Shown one piece after another: positions 24,718-37,975 of a stretch of 64,000 nt of DNA. Below the pieces are notes generated by a model. The model was not told the DNA's origin and did no database searches. It saw only the letters and a program-made list of their open reading frames with translations. The number at the start of each line of letters is the position of its first letter. The stretch's first letter is position 1. Origin of the DNA: Octopus sinensis. Lineage: Eukaryota. The DNA lies in NCBI RefSeq assembly GCF_006345805.1, contig NC_043012.1:26660001-26724000 (forward strand), in the 5' to 3' direction. Position numbers and translations under genes: made by a program.

Positions 24718-25098
24718 TTGGCTCAAGGCCCGAAATTTTTGGGGTGGAGGCCAATCGATTAGACCGACTCCAGTACGGAAATGGTACTTAATTTATCCAC
24801 CCCGAAAGGATGAAAGGAAAAGTCGACGTCGGAGGGATTTGAACTTAGAACGTAGCGGCAGACGAAATACCTATTTCTTTACTACCCACAAGGAACTAAA
24901 CACAGAGAGGACAAACAAGGACAGACAAACGGATTGAGTCGATTATATCGACCCCAGTGCGTAACTGGTACTTATTTAATCGACCCCGTAAGGATGAAAG
25001 GCAAAGTCGACCTCAGCGGAATTTGAACTCAGAACGTAGTGGCAGACGAAATACCACTAAGCATTTCGCGTGCTCACGTTTCTGCAAGCTCGCCGCCT
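24718..25098 (-). mobile_element. Two tandem SINE family B copies with different tails
   Basis: cccgaaaggatgaaagg.aaagtcgac...atttgaact.agaacgtag occurs twice. Confidence 0.88.
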
Positions 25099-25144
25099 TT
25101 AAAGTGCAATAATATTATAAAGCCAATATTATATACTGAAAGTC

Positions 25145-25320
25145 AAAGCGGTGAACTGATTGAATCGCTACTATGCCGGACAAAATGCTTAAGGGAATTT
25201 TGCTCGTCGTCAAGTTCTACATTTAAATTTCACCGCGATCGACTTCACCTTTCGTTCTTCCGGCCTTGATTAAAATACGTACCTGTCGAACGCTGGGATC
25301 GATGTAATCGAATTACCCAC
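25145..25320 (+). mobile_element. SINE family B, highly diverged
   Basis: aaatgcttaagg, ttaaatttcaccg, taaaatacgtacc, ggatcgatgtaatcga. Confidence 0.6.
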
Positions 25321-25339
25321 GAACTGGCATACGTCACTC

Positions 25340-25720
25340 AAACTGCAGATGTAAGTGGAGTAACTCTTCTTATATTCAAAAGGTCTCCTCAACGTAGTCG
25401 CCATCACAAATGACACATTTGCTTCATTACTGAACGCAACCTTCAGATCTAATTTGATAAAATAAGAAAAAAAGATCTCGTATGTATGGTTGTACTCACT
25501 TCTTCACAGCTAATTTCGCCTCGTCTGTATCGTCAAATCTTTTCCAGTGAGGACTGCACTTCAATTAGCCTGACTTCCATCAACAAGTCGGAGGGTGTCA
25601 GGTTCAGGCTGTGCGACAGGTGGGGAAACCAATGACCTGCCTAGTTTAACGATTGCTTGATAACGTTGCCAAAGATGTGTAATAGCACATTGTCTGGAAG
25701 TAAAACTAAATATACAGGCT
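25340..25720 (-). mobile_element. Mariner transposase C-terminal fragment, decayed
   Basis: Across frames: LLPDNVLLH, FPHLSHSLNLTPSD (YSPDLAPSD-like), GKRFDDTDEAKLAVKK, KCVICDGDYVE. Confidence 0.7.
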
Positions 25721-25787
25721 ACAAAAAAGATGGCTGGAGTGATCGATGATGTGTTGTTATTTGGCTCTAAATAAATAAATGCGCCCT

Positions 25788-26028
25788 TTTAAAGCCTAGC
25801 CAGGCTCATGGGCCCGGTTTCCCGGTTTCTATGGTGTAAGTGTTCCCCAGCTGGACGGGATGCCAGTCCTTCGCAGCGCTAGTCATTTTTTGCCAGCTGA
25901 GTGGACTGGAGCAACGTGAAATGAAGTGCTTTGCTCAAGAACACAACGCGTCGCCCGGTCCAGGAATCGAAACCACAATCTTACGATCATGGTGCTGACA
26001 CCCTAAACACTAAGCCACGCCCCTCCAC
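25788..26028 (-). mobile_element. tRNA-derived SINE family D
   Basis: Minus-strand head tggaggggcgtggcttagtg...ggtttcgattcc followed by gtgttcttgagcaaagcacttc. Confidence 0.8.
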
Positions 26029-26637
26029 ATTTGGCTCTAAGATCGTTTATATTCAAGCAAACTTTCGAACAAAGACCTTCTGCTGGGTATTTTTTCAGAC
26101 GTTCGTTTCTTATTTTTAATTCAGTAATTTTGATATGAAGCGATGCCTTGCCTTGAAATTTCAATTTCTGTTGAAGTCGTAGGGTCAACGTTGAGACATG
26201 CAGTGCATTAATCTTCTCAGTGCGTTGTTAGCATGTTCCAAAGATCGGGGTTTGGGTAATAATTTCCTTGTCCATTTCCTTAATATTGTCCTTGTTCGTC
26301 CACCATTCCACGCCTACTTGTCTTTACTTTTCTCTAAAAATTCTTTGAAGCCTGCTATTTACAAGCCACTAAATCTTATTACAAAACCAACATATGTCAG
26401 TTGTTTTTTTTGCTTTTCCTCTGGGTGGTTTTGCGTGCCTACTCTTTAATTGTCATTGGAGAGCAAATTCTTCTTTTCAAGCGGAATGTATGTTCACAAC
26501 ACACTTGATTCGTTAACATCCGGGTATTTTAGGACGCCCGATATCTTAACATCGTTGTCCATCCTCAGCGAACCTACTTTGAAGAAATGAATATTACAAG
26601 GGGTTTGGGATCTTGTTTATAAATTGAAAAGTATCAA

Positions 26638-26860
26638 TGGTCTATTCCGTGCCATTGGTTCATACGGACAGCTTCCCCGGACTATATGACATATATTCCC
26701 CCATCCCTGGACGGGAAGCTCGTCTGTACCATTCTTACTCATTTTTGCCTGTTAATGAAGTGTTTCGTTCAAGAACACAACACTTCACTCAGTCCAAGAT
26801 TCGAAACCACAATCTTTCCTCAACGTGTACAACACTCTAACCACTAAGCCATACTCGTCC
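26638..26860 (-). mobile_element. SINE family D, diverged
   Basis: caagaacacaac...cgaaaccacaatc...ccactaagcca. Confidence 0.7.
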
Positions 26861-27204
26861 ACATTTACAAATACAGCGAACACGATGTGTTATTCTGTTT
26901 TAAATATCAATTAGAAATTATTTGCGTTCAACTTTACGTATTAAAATTTCTTCCCTTATTTCAACTGATTCTTTTATCTCTTTCATCTCCAGCATTTCCC
27001 ATATTATCTTTCAAAACAATATGCTCAACGTATTCGATTCAACCTCACCGCTGAACATGACATTAACGAAAAGTCATTTTCTAAATATTTCAAAAGAATT
27101 TTTTAAATCAAAGACGATGCCACTACGCAGTCACTTAGTTTACTAGAAATAGCAACTAAATCTACCTCAAAATATATTTATAATCGTACTAGTAGTTTCT
27201 AATT

Positions 27205-27612
27205 TTGGCACAAGACCAGCAATTGTGTGGAGGGGGAAAGTCAATTACATCGACCCCCAGTACTCAGCTGGTACTTATTTTATCGAAATCGAAAGGATGA
27301 AAGGCAAAGTCGATCTCGGCAGAATTTTGATTCAGAACGTAAGGACAGCTGAAATGATTCCAAACAATTTGTCCGGCACGATAGGAATTCTGTCAGCACG
27401 TTCCCTTATCAACCATCGTAATAATATTATAGGTAGAAGCCCTGAAATTTTTGGAGGGGAGGCTAGTGGATTACATCGACCCCAGTGCTCAGCTGATACT
27501 TGTTTTATCGGCCTCGAAAGGATCAAAGACAAAGTCGACCTCGGCAGAATTTGAACTCAGAGCATAAAGACGGACAGTTTCCCCGGTGTGCTAACTATCC
27601 TCTGGTTCGGCG
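27205..27612 (-). mobile_element. Two SINE family B copies
   Basis: The core motif occurs twice (about 27205-27360 and 27432-27612). Confidence 0.85.
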
Positions 27613-28649
27613 TCTTGTCTACCATTGTGATATAGAAAGGACACACATTAGTTAACGTAATCCTAAGAAACTTTAAAAACACAATTTGGTCACATCTGGA
27701 AAGCCATTTGTCTTGGACCTGTTTGTTCTGAGTTGATGTGAGGCAAGAACTAATTCAAAATTTTCTTAAGTTTTGTAAATAATAAAGACGCTGATTTTAG
27801 TATTCTCTTTTTTTTTTTTTTGTTTTTTGTGTGTGTTTTAGAAGAAATTTATTTTGTTAACCCTAGCAGACACGTTAATTGATATATGTACATTCTTTCT
27901 CTCTCATGAATAATAATGTATTGCCTGTACAGGTTTGTGGACAAAAGATCGAACGAATCGAATCGATCTATTTATCTTATTTTCTTTCCGTATCGTTTAT
28001 TTAATTTTTTTTTTTCAAAAAATTCTATTATTTCCTTTCAAATCCCATTATAGGTATTCGTTCTTGTAAAAACGATTCCAAGATTGAAACCAATATTGCT
28101 TCTATTAGACACTAACCGTGGTTTTATAGTTTGTGTGTGTGTGTATGTGTGTGTGTGTGTGTGTGTGTGCCAGAAATTTATTCAGGAAGGACCAACTTAA
28201 AAATAAATAAAATTATTCAATACGACATTTTGAAAATCACAATAATATTATATGCAGACCCGATATCTAATTGAATAAACTTATTATTTTCACATTATTA
28301 AATTAAGAACTTTCCTTAAAAAAAAAAAAAATTCAATATAATATCTATTTATTTATGTATTTATATATTTAGATATACTTTTTTCCATTAACGAATTTTA
28401 CCTCCCACTCTTTTATGTCATATCTATATATTATTTCATGTCCACGGGTAACGAAATATGTTCGAAGCGGACTAGAGCTGTGTGGCATTGTCCCAACAAT
28501 AGTTACCCATTTAGTATCACTAGTATTTGCAACATACGTATGTCTATCATCAGTGGAAATCTATTAAATACTGAAGCGTACAATTCTAGTTGCGGGAAAT
28601 TTAAAACGGATGATAAATACGCCCTGTCACTATTCTTTTATACTATTTT

Positions 28650-28990
28650 ACTTTTACTGGTTTCAGTCATTTGACTGAGGCCATGCTGGAGCACCGGCTT
28701 AATGTGTGTTAGTCGAAGAAATCGAACCCAAGACTTATTTATTGTAAGCCTAGTGCTTATTCTATCGGACTTTTTTTGATGAACTGCTAAGTTGCAAGGA
28801 ATAAACACACCGGCAGCGGTTATGAGGCGATGGTGGTGGGACAAACATAGACAAAAAATCCACTCACATGGTTTTGATCGGTCGAGGCTATAGCAGAAGA
28901 CACGTGCACAAGGTGCCATGCAGTGAGACTGAACCCGAAACCATGTGGTTGGAAGCAAGCTTCTTACTACACAGCCACGCTTACGCCTAC
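28650..28990 (-). mobile_element. SINE family A
   Basis: Tail and head both recognisable, with an internal deletion. Confidence 0.85.
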
Positions 28991-28998
28991 CATAAGAA

Positions 28999-29046
<48 letters not shown>

Positions 29047-29063
29047 TTATTATTATTATTATA

Positions 29064-29128
<65 letters not shown>

Positions 29129-29427
29129 AACTCAACAGATTAGACTGTTGGAAAAGAAAAGAATCCTAACATCGGGCTACAACAAGTTGCCTTAGATGCC
29201 AAGAACCCTCATATCGGGTCACAACGTGTAACCTTAGATGCAAATAACCCTCCTAAGTATCTTAGCTGTCCCTAATAACACTTTTTTCTGAAGCTGTACT
29301 AAACTGGGTTTTATGCCTATTTCCTCTATTCATCTGTACAAATCTTTAGGGATTGTTCCCAATGCGCCTATAACTACTGGAATACATTTTACCCGCACTT
29401 TCCATAGGCTCTATAATACAATAGCTG

Positions 29428-29790
29428 TGGAGGCGCAATGGCCCAGTGGTTAGGGCAGCGGACTCGCGGTCGTAAGATCGCGGTTTCGATTCCCAGACCG
29501 GGCGTTTTGAGTGTTTATTGATGAAAACACCTAAAAGCTCCACGTGGACCCTGGTGGTGATCCCTGCTGTACTCTTTCACCACAACTTTCTCTCACTCTT
29601 ACTTCCTGTTTCTGTTGTACCTGTATTTCAAAGGGCCGGCCTTATCACTCTCTGTGTCACGCTGAATATCCCCGAGAACTACGTTAAGGGTACACGAGTG
29701 CTCACCCACTTACACGTTAATTTCACGAGCGGGCTGTTCCGTGAATCGGATCAACGGGAACCCTCATCGTCGTATCCGACGGAGTGCTTC
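29428..29790 (+). mobile_element. SINE family D-type head with a different LINE-like tail
   Basis: tggaggcgcaatggcccagtggttagg...ggtttcgattcc head (A and B boxes). The body differs from 25788-26028. Confidence 0.75.
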
Positions 29791-29892
29791 AATCAAACAA
29801 TACAACAGGTAGGTCCTGGTACTTTTCTATTTTTTCTATACTTCTTATATTAATTCTTTCATCATCATTATTATCATTATTCTTTTCTACTC

Positions 29893-30410
29893 TAGGCACA
29901 AGGCCCGAATGTCTTTGTGGGTGGAAGGGGGCCAGTCGATTTAATCCACCACAGTATGCAACCGGTATTTAATTTATCGACCCCGAAAGGATAAAAGGCA
30001 AAGTCGACCACGGCGGAATTTGACCTCAGAACATAAAGACAGACGAAATACCGCTAAGCATTTTGCCCGGTGGGCTAACGTTTCTGCCAGTTGGCCGCCT
30101 GATATCATCATTATTATCATTACTATCATTATAGGGCACCCGTTATATTATTATCATTATCATCATTACTAGGGCACCCATTTCTTTACTACCCACAAGG
30201 GGCTAAAGACAGAGAGGACAAACAAGGACAGACAAACGGATTAAGTCGACTATATCGACCTCACTGCGTAACTGGTACATAATTTAGCGACCCCAAAAGG
30301 ATGAAAGGCAAAGTCCACCTCGACAGAATTTGAACTCAGAACGTAACGGCAGACGAATTACCGCTAAGCATTTCGCCCGTTTGCTAACGTTTCTGCCAGC
30401 TGGCCGCCCT
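29893..30410 (-). mobile_element. Two SINE family B copies
   Basis: Cores near 29970-30100 and 30280-30410. Confidence 0.88.
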
Positions 30411-30569
30411 ATCCTCCTCCTCATTATTATCATTACTAGGGCACCCGTTAAGTGATGAGTAGTTTAATGTCCTATTTTTTCTCATGTGTACGAAAAGTAA
30501 TAGAAAGTATCAATAACCAGTTTTACATATATTTACATCTATCTATCTATCGATCTATCTATCTATCTA

Positions 30570-30613
<44 letters not shown>

Positions 30614-30645
30614 ATATATATATAATATATATATATATATAATAT

Positions 30646-30688
<43 letters not shown>

Positions 30689-31194
30689 AATATATGTATG
30701 TATTATACAAACGTATTATATATTTTATGCACACAGGATAAATTCTTGACAAAAAATAAATAATAAATATAAACAGTAGTCAGCAACTGCTGAAAAAAAG
30801 TTGAGTGTGTTCGCAGCCAGTGCAAGAATTGCTAATGCATACCTGGCTCTGATACTGCACTCCCCTGATCCCAAGCAGTTACGTTTGAAAATAAAATGGA
30901 AATAGAATGTGTACTTATTGAAACAGCTTTAAACTGTTTGTTTTGAATAATTAATCCGCAAATCCCCATATAACAAACACATATTACAATATTTATATAC
31001 TGAACATGTACAATTTAATCTCAATATATAAGACGTATATACAGGGAGGTTTTTACATTTAGACGACTTCAGTATGTACAACATTTCTAGTTAGTTTCTG
31101 TATATCATGATGGTCCTGATGTCTTGGATTTGAATTGTAAATGAAGAACTCTTTTTGGTCAGCATAAATTCTTATCATGTCTGGGTGCGAAAAC

Positions 31195-31381
31195 TGGGAC
31201 AGACAAACGGATTAAGTCGATTACATCGACCCCAGTGCGTAACTGGTACTTATTTTATCGACACCGAAAGGATGAAAAGCAAAGTCGACCTCGGCGGAAT
31301 TTGAACTCAGAACGTAGCAGCAGACGAAATACCGCTAAGCATTTCGTCCAGCGTGCTAACGTTTCTGCCAACTCGCTGCCT
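31195..31381 (-). mobile_element. SINE family B
   Basis: Well-conserved core and head. Confidence 0.9.
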
Positions 31382-31439
31382 CTAATAATGATGATGATGA
31401 TGATGATGATGATAATAATAATAATAATAATAATAATAA

Positions 31440-31985
31440 TGCAGTACCAGGCAGTGGCTCTCATGGCTTCTGATCTTAACTGATTGGAAGTGTCATCATG
31501 TACATTGTTTTGTCTTTGTATAAAAGATGGGCTACAGCAAATATTCTGCTCAATACCACAGATTTGCTTGTGAGTTGTTTGACCTTAACCGGTTGAGCAT
31601 GTCCCTTAGTGGCTGACGATATGTGCATCTCTGATCACGAGCAGAAGTAGTTGGGGAGCATCATAGCCATGTGTTGAGAGGGTTCTTTGGGGTTTGAATA
31701 ATTCACCTCTGGAAACATGGGTGGTTCTTTCAACATCCTTAAACAACCCTTATTCAGGGACCTTTTGAGCGGGATGGGCTATTCGACCTGAAGAAAATTC
31801 TAACTGGACCCCACATGCAAGGTCATGCGCTGTTTACCTTGATATGAGATCACCATGTCGCGCACATATGGTTGTGATGCATGTGCCTGGTGTACCCTTA
31901 TCAGACGGGTAGTCATGATGGGTATATTGGGCTTCGTATATTTTACCCCAGTGTCACTTTGATGGCATGAACTGCTCTCTCACTC

Positions 31986-31986
<1 letters not shown>
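31440..31986 (+). mobile_element. (AAT)n-associated non-coding element (family C), best copy
   Basis: 547 bp between two (AAT)n runs. Homologues at 17170-17551 (+) and 32915-33512 (-). Confidence 0.88.
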
Positions 31987-32021
<35 letters not shown>

Positions 32022-32029
32022 TGACTCCA

Positions 32030-32770
32030 AGAAAACATTGGAGTTTCTGCACGCTGTACCTTGAAAAAACAGCCGCAAGAGAGGTAAGCCTTGTTCATTG
32101 TGCAACAAGATGAGTCGAGTCGATTTCATCAGGAATCATAACAAAAATGTTATGATTTACACGGAAGGTGGGATATGTAGAGATTCCCAGTTGGTGTACA
32201 CCGCAGAATGCACGAAACACAACTTCATTTATGTTGCTTGTACCACAGCTCAATTAAACAAAAGATTCAATGGGCACATATATGACGCCAGGCACAATAA
32301 CAGTGCTTCGACAGAACTTGCTGAATATTTCGTTTCAAGCGGCTGCAATTTTGAAAAAAAGACTTGAATGTGCATATTCTCAGAAAATTTTCTGAATCAG
32401 CTACACTTTAAGTCCTTAAAATGCATGAGGAGAAATATTTTTGCAGGTTATTAACATCACGCTCTGGAGTGATGAATAAAATGACAGGGGAATTTCATCA
32501 TATTTACACAAAACTATTTGCTTAAACATTATTCTTTGTCCTTTTCTTTTTCTTTTCCTTTTTTTCTCCTTTCTTTTTCTTTTTGCCAGTTGTTTAACTT
32601 GAAATTTGAAGACTGATGGTGTCATTCCATCAACGTGAGAATGCTGGTTGCCTCGTTCAGATTTTGAATTTGAATTTCTATAATTTTAAATTTCTATGTA
32701 TCTCTTTTTCATTTTGAACTCGGCAAAGACAGTCTAGCTGTCGAAATATCGTTGAACCAATAAAACCGCT
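32030..32770 (+). mobile_element. PLE GIY-YIG fragment plus tail with decayed hammerhead (32714-32756)
   Basis: CRDSQLVYTAECTKHNFIYVACTTAQLNKRFNGH. Tail reads GACAG-TCTAG-CTGTC GAAA TATC GTTG. Confidence 0.75.
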
Positions 32771-32827
32771 AGCGCTCTTTGTATTGTCTACTGACCTTTG
32801 TGAGAACTTACGTCAATCCCTTTAAAA

Positions 32828-32885
<58 letters not shown>

Positions 32886-32914
32886 GTTATTGTTGTTGTT
32901 GTTGTTGCTGTTAT

Positions 32915-33512
32915 TGAGTGAGTGTGTGTGTGCATGCCATCAAAGTGACACTGGGGTACGAAGCTCAATATACCTATCATGACTATCTTTCTGATAAGGG
33001 TACACTAGGCACGAGCATCACAATCATATGTGCGCGACATGGTGATCTCATATCAAGATAAACAGCGCATGAGCTTGAAGGTGGGGCCCAGTTACAATTC
33101 TTTTCAGGCTGAATAAGCCATCCTGCTCAAAAGGTCCCTGAATAAGGTTTGTTTAAGGAAAATCCATGTCCCCAGGGGTAAATTATTCAAATTCCAAAGA
33201 ATTCCTCTCAACACATGGCTATGATGCTTCCCCACTACTTCTGCTTGTGATCAGAGATGCACATATCCTCATCCACCAAGGGACATGCTCAACTGGTCAA
33301 GGTCAAACAACTGACAAGCAAATCTGTTATATTAAGCAGAATATTTGCTGTAGCCCATCTTTTATACCAAGACAAAACAATGTACATGTTAACACTTCCA
33401 ATCAGAAGCTATGAGAGCCACTGTATGGTATTGCATCAGGGTACTTGTGCAGGCCATCAAAATGACACTGGGGTAAAATATACAAAGCTCAGTATACTTA
33501 TCATATCCCACA
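32915..33512 (-). mobile_element. (AAT)n-associated element (family C), copy with the longest 5' end
   Basis: Reverse complement of 31440-31986 plus a 5' extension that repeats the 3' end (33453-33504 vs 32936-32980). Confidence 0.85.
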
Positions 33513-34167
33513 TAATTATTATTCAGATCGTGTCGTATAGCCAGCTGGAGGATCGTAGCTCCACATACTAAGAATATATTTACTCCTATTTGCTTCAAAT
33601 ACATAACAGGTGTGCAGTGCCTAGCACTACTATCTTTTATATATTATGCAGGGGTTGTATCTCCTGCTACCGTTTATATAGTATTAACACAGACACTAGT
33701 AATGCGACATTCTGTACTTATGTACATACATAAGTCCTTGGGCTTTGGTTGTATATGTGTCTACGTCTTCTTTTAATTATTCCCAAGACATCTATAATCA
33801 TGAATATTTTATTCTCATTATCGTTATCATCGTTACTATTATTAATACTAACGTCAGCTTCATAATAATTTTTATTAGGTTTTCTGCCAAACCAGATTAT
33901 CTTTTGTTCCAGTAAAACATAAAACATCTGACAATTATGTTCAAATATGTCTAGCTATCAATGTCTGATTTTTTATCTGCTTGTTTGTCTCATTGTTTGT
34001 CAGAATATCTATCTAGCTATCTATCTAGTTACCTACCTACCTATATATATCTGTATATATGTATCTATACACGTATGTATGTATGTATGTATATATGAAT
34101 GTATACATCTCTATGTATGTATGTATGTATGTATGTATGTATGTATGCATATGTATGTATGTATGTA

Positions 34168-34227
<60 letters not shown>

Positions 34228-34229
34228 CT

Positions 34230-34261
<32 letters not shown>

Positions 34262-34276
34262 ATCTATCTATCTATA

Positions 34277-34307
<31 letters not shown>

Positions 34308-34504
34308 TTATCTATCTATTCACCTAGCCATCCGTTAATCAATCTATCTATCAAATTTCCATGCCATATACATATATACAGGGTGTACCTACATATATAG
34401 TCTATATATCTTTATATGTGTGTGTGTATGTGTGTGTGTGCGTGCGTGCGTGTTTGCATACATATTTTTGTGTATGTAAATATGTATATATACACATATG
34501 TTCT

Positions 34505-34702
34505 TTTTCTTTTATTCTTTTATTTGTTTCAGTCGTTTGACTGCGGCCATGCGGGAGCACCACCTTTAGTCGAACCAGTAGACCACAGGACTTATTCTTT
34601 GTAAGCCTAGTACTTATTCTATCGTTCTCTTTTCCCGAACCGCTAAGTTACGGGGGACGTGAACACAGCAACATCGGTTGTCAAGCGATGGTTGGGAGAC
34701 AA

Positions 34703-34781
<79 letters not shown>

Positions 34782-34930
34782 CGACGGGCTTCTTTCAGTT
34801 TCCGTCTACCAAATCCACTGACAAGGCTTTGGTCGGCCCGAGTCTATAGTGGAAGACACTTGCCCAAGGTTCCACGCAGTGGGACTGAACCCGAAACCAT
34901 GTGGTTGGTAAGGAAGCTACTTACCACACA
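34505..34930 (-). mobile_element. SINE family A, near full-length
   Basis: Tail, internal (CA)n(TA)n and head are all present. Confidence 0.92.
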
Positions 34931-34985
34931 TTATATGCATGTATGCATCTATCTCTATCTCTCTTTCTATCTATCTATCTACACA

Positions 34986-35018
<33 letters not shown>

Positions 35019-35629
35019 CACACACACACACACACACACATATACTCAAACTTTCAGCCAGTTCAGATATCTTCGGGACAACTTGTGCAGGCTTTTTCGC
35101 TACAGTTTACCTTTGAGAAGAAATTCTTGCTCTAGGTAAAAAGGTATAATAACATCATTGTCAGCGTTGAGCGCCCTCTTTGGACAGAGTGATGCATTTC
35201 CGTTTTACAAGTTTAAATATACCACAAACGTATTTGAATGAATCAATGGTTTGTTTACTTTCCACCCCTGCTTCGCGTAACTACCTATGCGCGCACACGT
35301 AAACACACACACATATACATACACATACACACGAATACACGCACAATACGCACACACACTCCCTCAGTAATATGCAAATACACCATGCACACATACATAC
35401 ACAAGCCCCCACCACAACCACGTATACATACGATGGTGTTTCACACAGTTTCCATTCGCCATATTCACTCACAAGACATTCAGAGGCCTAGGACCAAGGT
35501 AGAAAACCCCTGCCCAAGGTGCCGTGCAGTGAGATTGAAACTGAAACGACATGTTTGCAAATCAAGTCTCTTACCCACACACCCTGTTTCGATTCTGTCT
35601 CTATTTGCATCATAAAATACATTGTCACT

Positions 35630-36290
35630 GCAATATTGGTTTCAAATCCTCTGAGGTCGACTTAGCCTTTCTTCCTTTTAGGGTCGATAAATTAAGTATC
35701 AGTTGCGTACAGGGGTCGATCCAATCGACTGGCACCTTTCCCAAAAATTTCAGGCCTTGTGCCTAAATTAGAAAAGAATATTGGTTTCAAATCCGCCGAG
35801 GTCGACTTTGCCTTTCATCCTTTCGGACTCGATAAATTAAGTACCAGTTGCGTATTGGCGTCGATCTAATCGACTGGCCTCCTCCCCCAAAATTTCGGGC
35901 CTTGTGCCCAGAGTAGAAAAGAACCGTCAGCATGCCGGGCGAAATGCTTAGCTATATTTCGTTTGTCTTTACGTTCTGAGTTCAAATTCCGCCGACTTCG
36001 ACTTTGCCTTTCATCCGTTCCGGATCGATAAATTAAATACCTGTAGCATACTGGGGTCGATCTAATCGGCTGGCTCCCCTCCTACCAAATTTCAGACCTT
36101 ATGCCTATAGTAGAAAAGAATCGTTAGCACTCCCAACAAAAAACCTCAGCGGCACTTTGTCTGTCGACGATGTTTATATTCCGCTGAGGTCTACTTTGTT
36201 TTCATCCTTTCGGGTCGATAAAATAAGTACCAGTTGCATACTGGGGTTTACGTAATTAACCTCCCTTGATATAACTGGCCTCGTGCCAAA
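35630..36290 (+). mobile_element. Cluster of four head-to-tail SINE family B copies
   Basis: gaggtcgact...ttcatccttt.gg.gtcgataaa.taagtaccag cores near 35650, 35800, 35995 and 36185. Confidence 0.85.
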
Positions 36291-37009
36291 AACTTTTAAA
36301 TCAATATTTATTGTGGCTTTTTACCCATGGCATAATATGATTTAAAAAAAATATATTTTGTATTTCAACAAATATTTAACACATTAATTGTCTAACATCC
36401 AAACACCCCTCATTTTTTTATAGTCTTCTCTCACCCACTTCCATCTGCTTTTGAAAAACTCTCACCCACCACGTCTTTTCAATGTTTTATTATATGCCTG
36501 TGTGCAGGATGCCTTTTGGCTAATAAACTAAAGACTGATACTGCTCTTCTTATTAGATGTAGTATTATTCTTGTAGTTGTTCTTGTAACCTTTGTTGTTA
36601 TTATTATTAATTTAATGCATTATCGTTTTGTTTCATGTTTATTTTACATTTATTTTGCATGCATTTCGACAGACTTTTCTGACTTCAAAGTCGTCACAGG
36701 TTTTTGTTTATCTTATTGTTGTTGATGTTGCGGTAGTTATCCTTCCATGCTTTTCTTATGTTTTCTTTAACATTCTTTTATTTGCTAATCTTCTTTCTGT
36801 TTTTTTTTTTTTTTTTTCGTTTTTGCTACTTCTTCATCAAGTTCTTGCCATCATTTTTATCATCGCCTTCCTCCTTTTAAGAAAATAGAGACAGAGGTGG
36901 GAGGAGAGAAGAGAGACATTATAAAACCGTACGATGATGTCATTACAGAAAGAACGTTTAATAACGAAATTAAAAGTCATGTATATGTGTGCCTTTAAAT
37001 ACGCGTGTC

Positions 37010-37053
<44 letters not shown>

Positions 37054-37389
37054 TGTGTGTGTATCCTTATAAATGTGTGTATATCCTTATGTGTGTGTAT
37101 ATATCTATGTATATGTGTGTTTGGCTGTATTGCTTTTATTTTTATCTTATTCTTATATGTTTTCAAAATTATGTCCTAAAGATTTCATAGAAATATTATT
37201 TGAAAAAAATATATAATTTTTTTTTCAAAATATAGAAAATTAATTAATTAATCATATTATAGTAATTTATACTTTATTCTATTTATATTTCGAAATTATC
37301 ATTCTTTAAAAGAAAAAATTCTGAATGTATTTTTCATAAAATGACTTCCATCAAAATAGAATATATCGCATTCCGCCGCCTCCGCCACC

Positions 37390-37975
37390 GCCACCGCCAC
37401 CCACCCCATGTCCATTCATCTCTATTTTTTCTCTTTCTCCTTTACTCTTTCTTTCCCTCACTCCCTTTCTCCTCTTACCTCTTTACTCGTCTCTCCATGG
37501 CTGATTCTTTCTATTTATTTCTCTCGCTCGACTCGCCCCTCTCTACCTCCCTTTGTCTTTCCCTTTGTGTGTCTCTTTTTCTCTCCCTATTCACTGCTTT
37601 TTATATCTCTCTTTCTCTCTCTCTTTCTTCTCGTCTGCCCCTCCCTCTCTCTCTGTACCTTAATCACCACCACTGTGTCGTCAGTTTCTCTATCCTAGTC
37701 TTTACTTCTTTTTTCTCTCCTCTCCTTATATTTTTCTCGTTCACCCTCCTTCACTCTCTCTCTCCACTTCTCTCTCCCCCTCTCACTAATCCCAAGTCTC
37801 TCTCCCTGCATCTCTCTCTGCCAGTCTATGCTTCTTTCTATAAATCTCTCTCTCATTTTCTGCTTCATTTTCCTCTCTCCCTCAGTCTCTGCTTCTCTCT
37901 TTTCATCTTTTCTCTGACAGTCTCTACTTTCCTCACTTTCTTCCCTCCTTCCTCTCTCTATCTCTCTCTTTCTAA
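37390..37975. repeat. ~600-bp polypyrimidine (CT-rich) low-complexity tract
   Basis: Directly visible. Confidence 0.9.

Noticed and set aside
31440-31986. Solo LTR, because this copy starts TG and ends CA
   Set aside because: The other two copies start at different positions while sharing the 3' end, and any apparent TSD is trivial within an AAT repeat.
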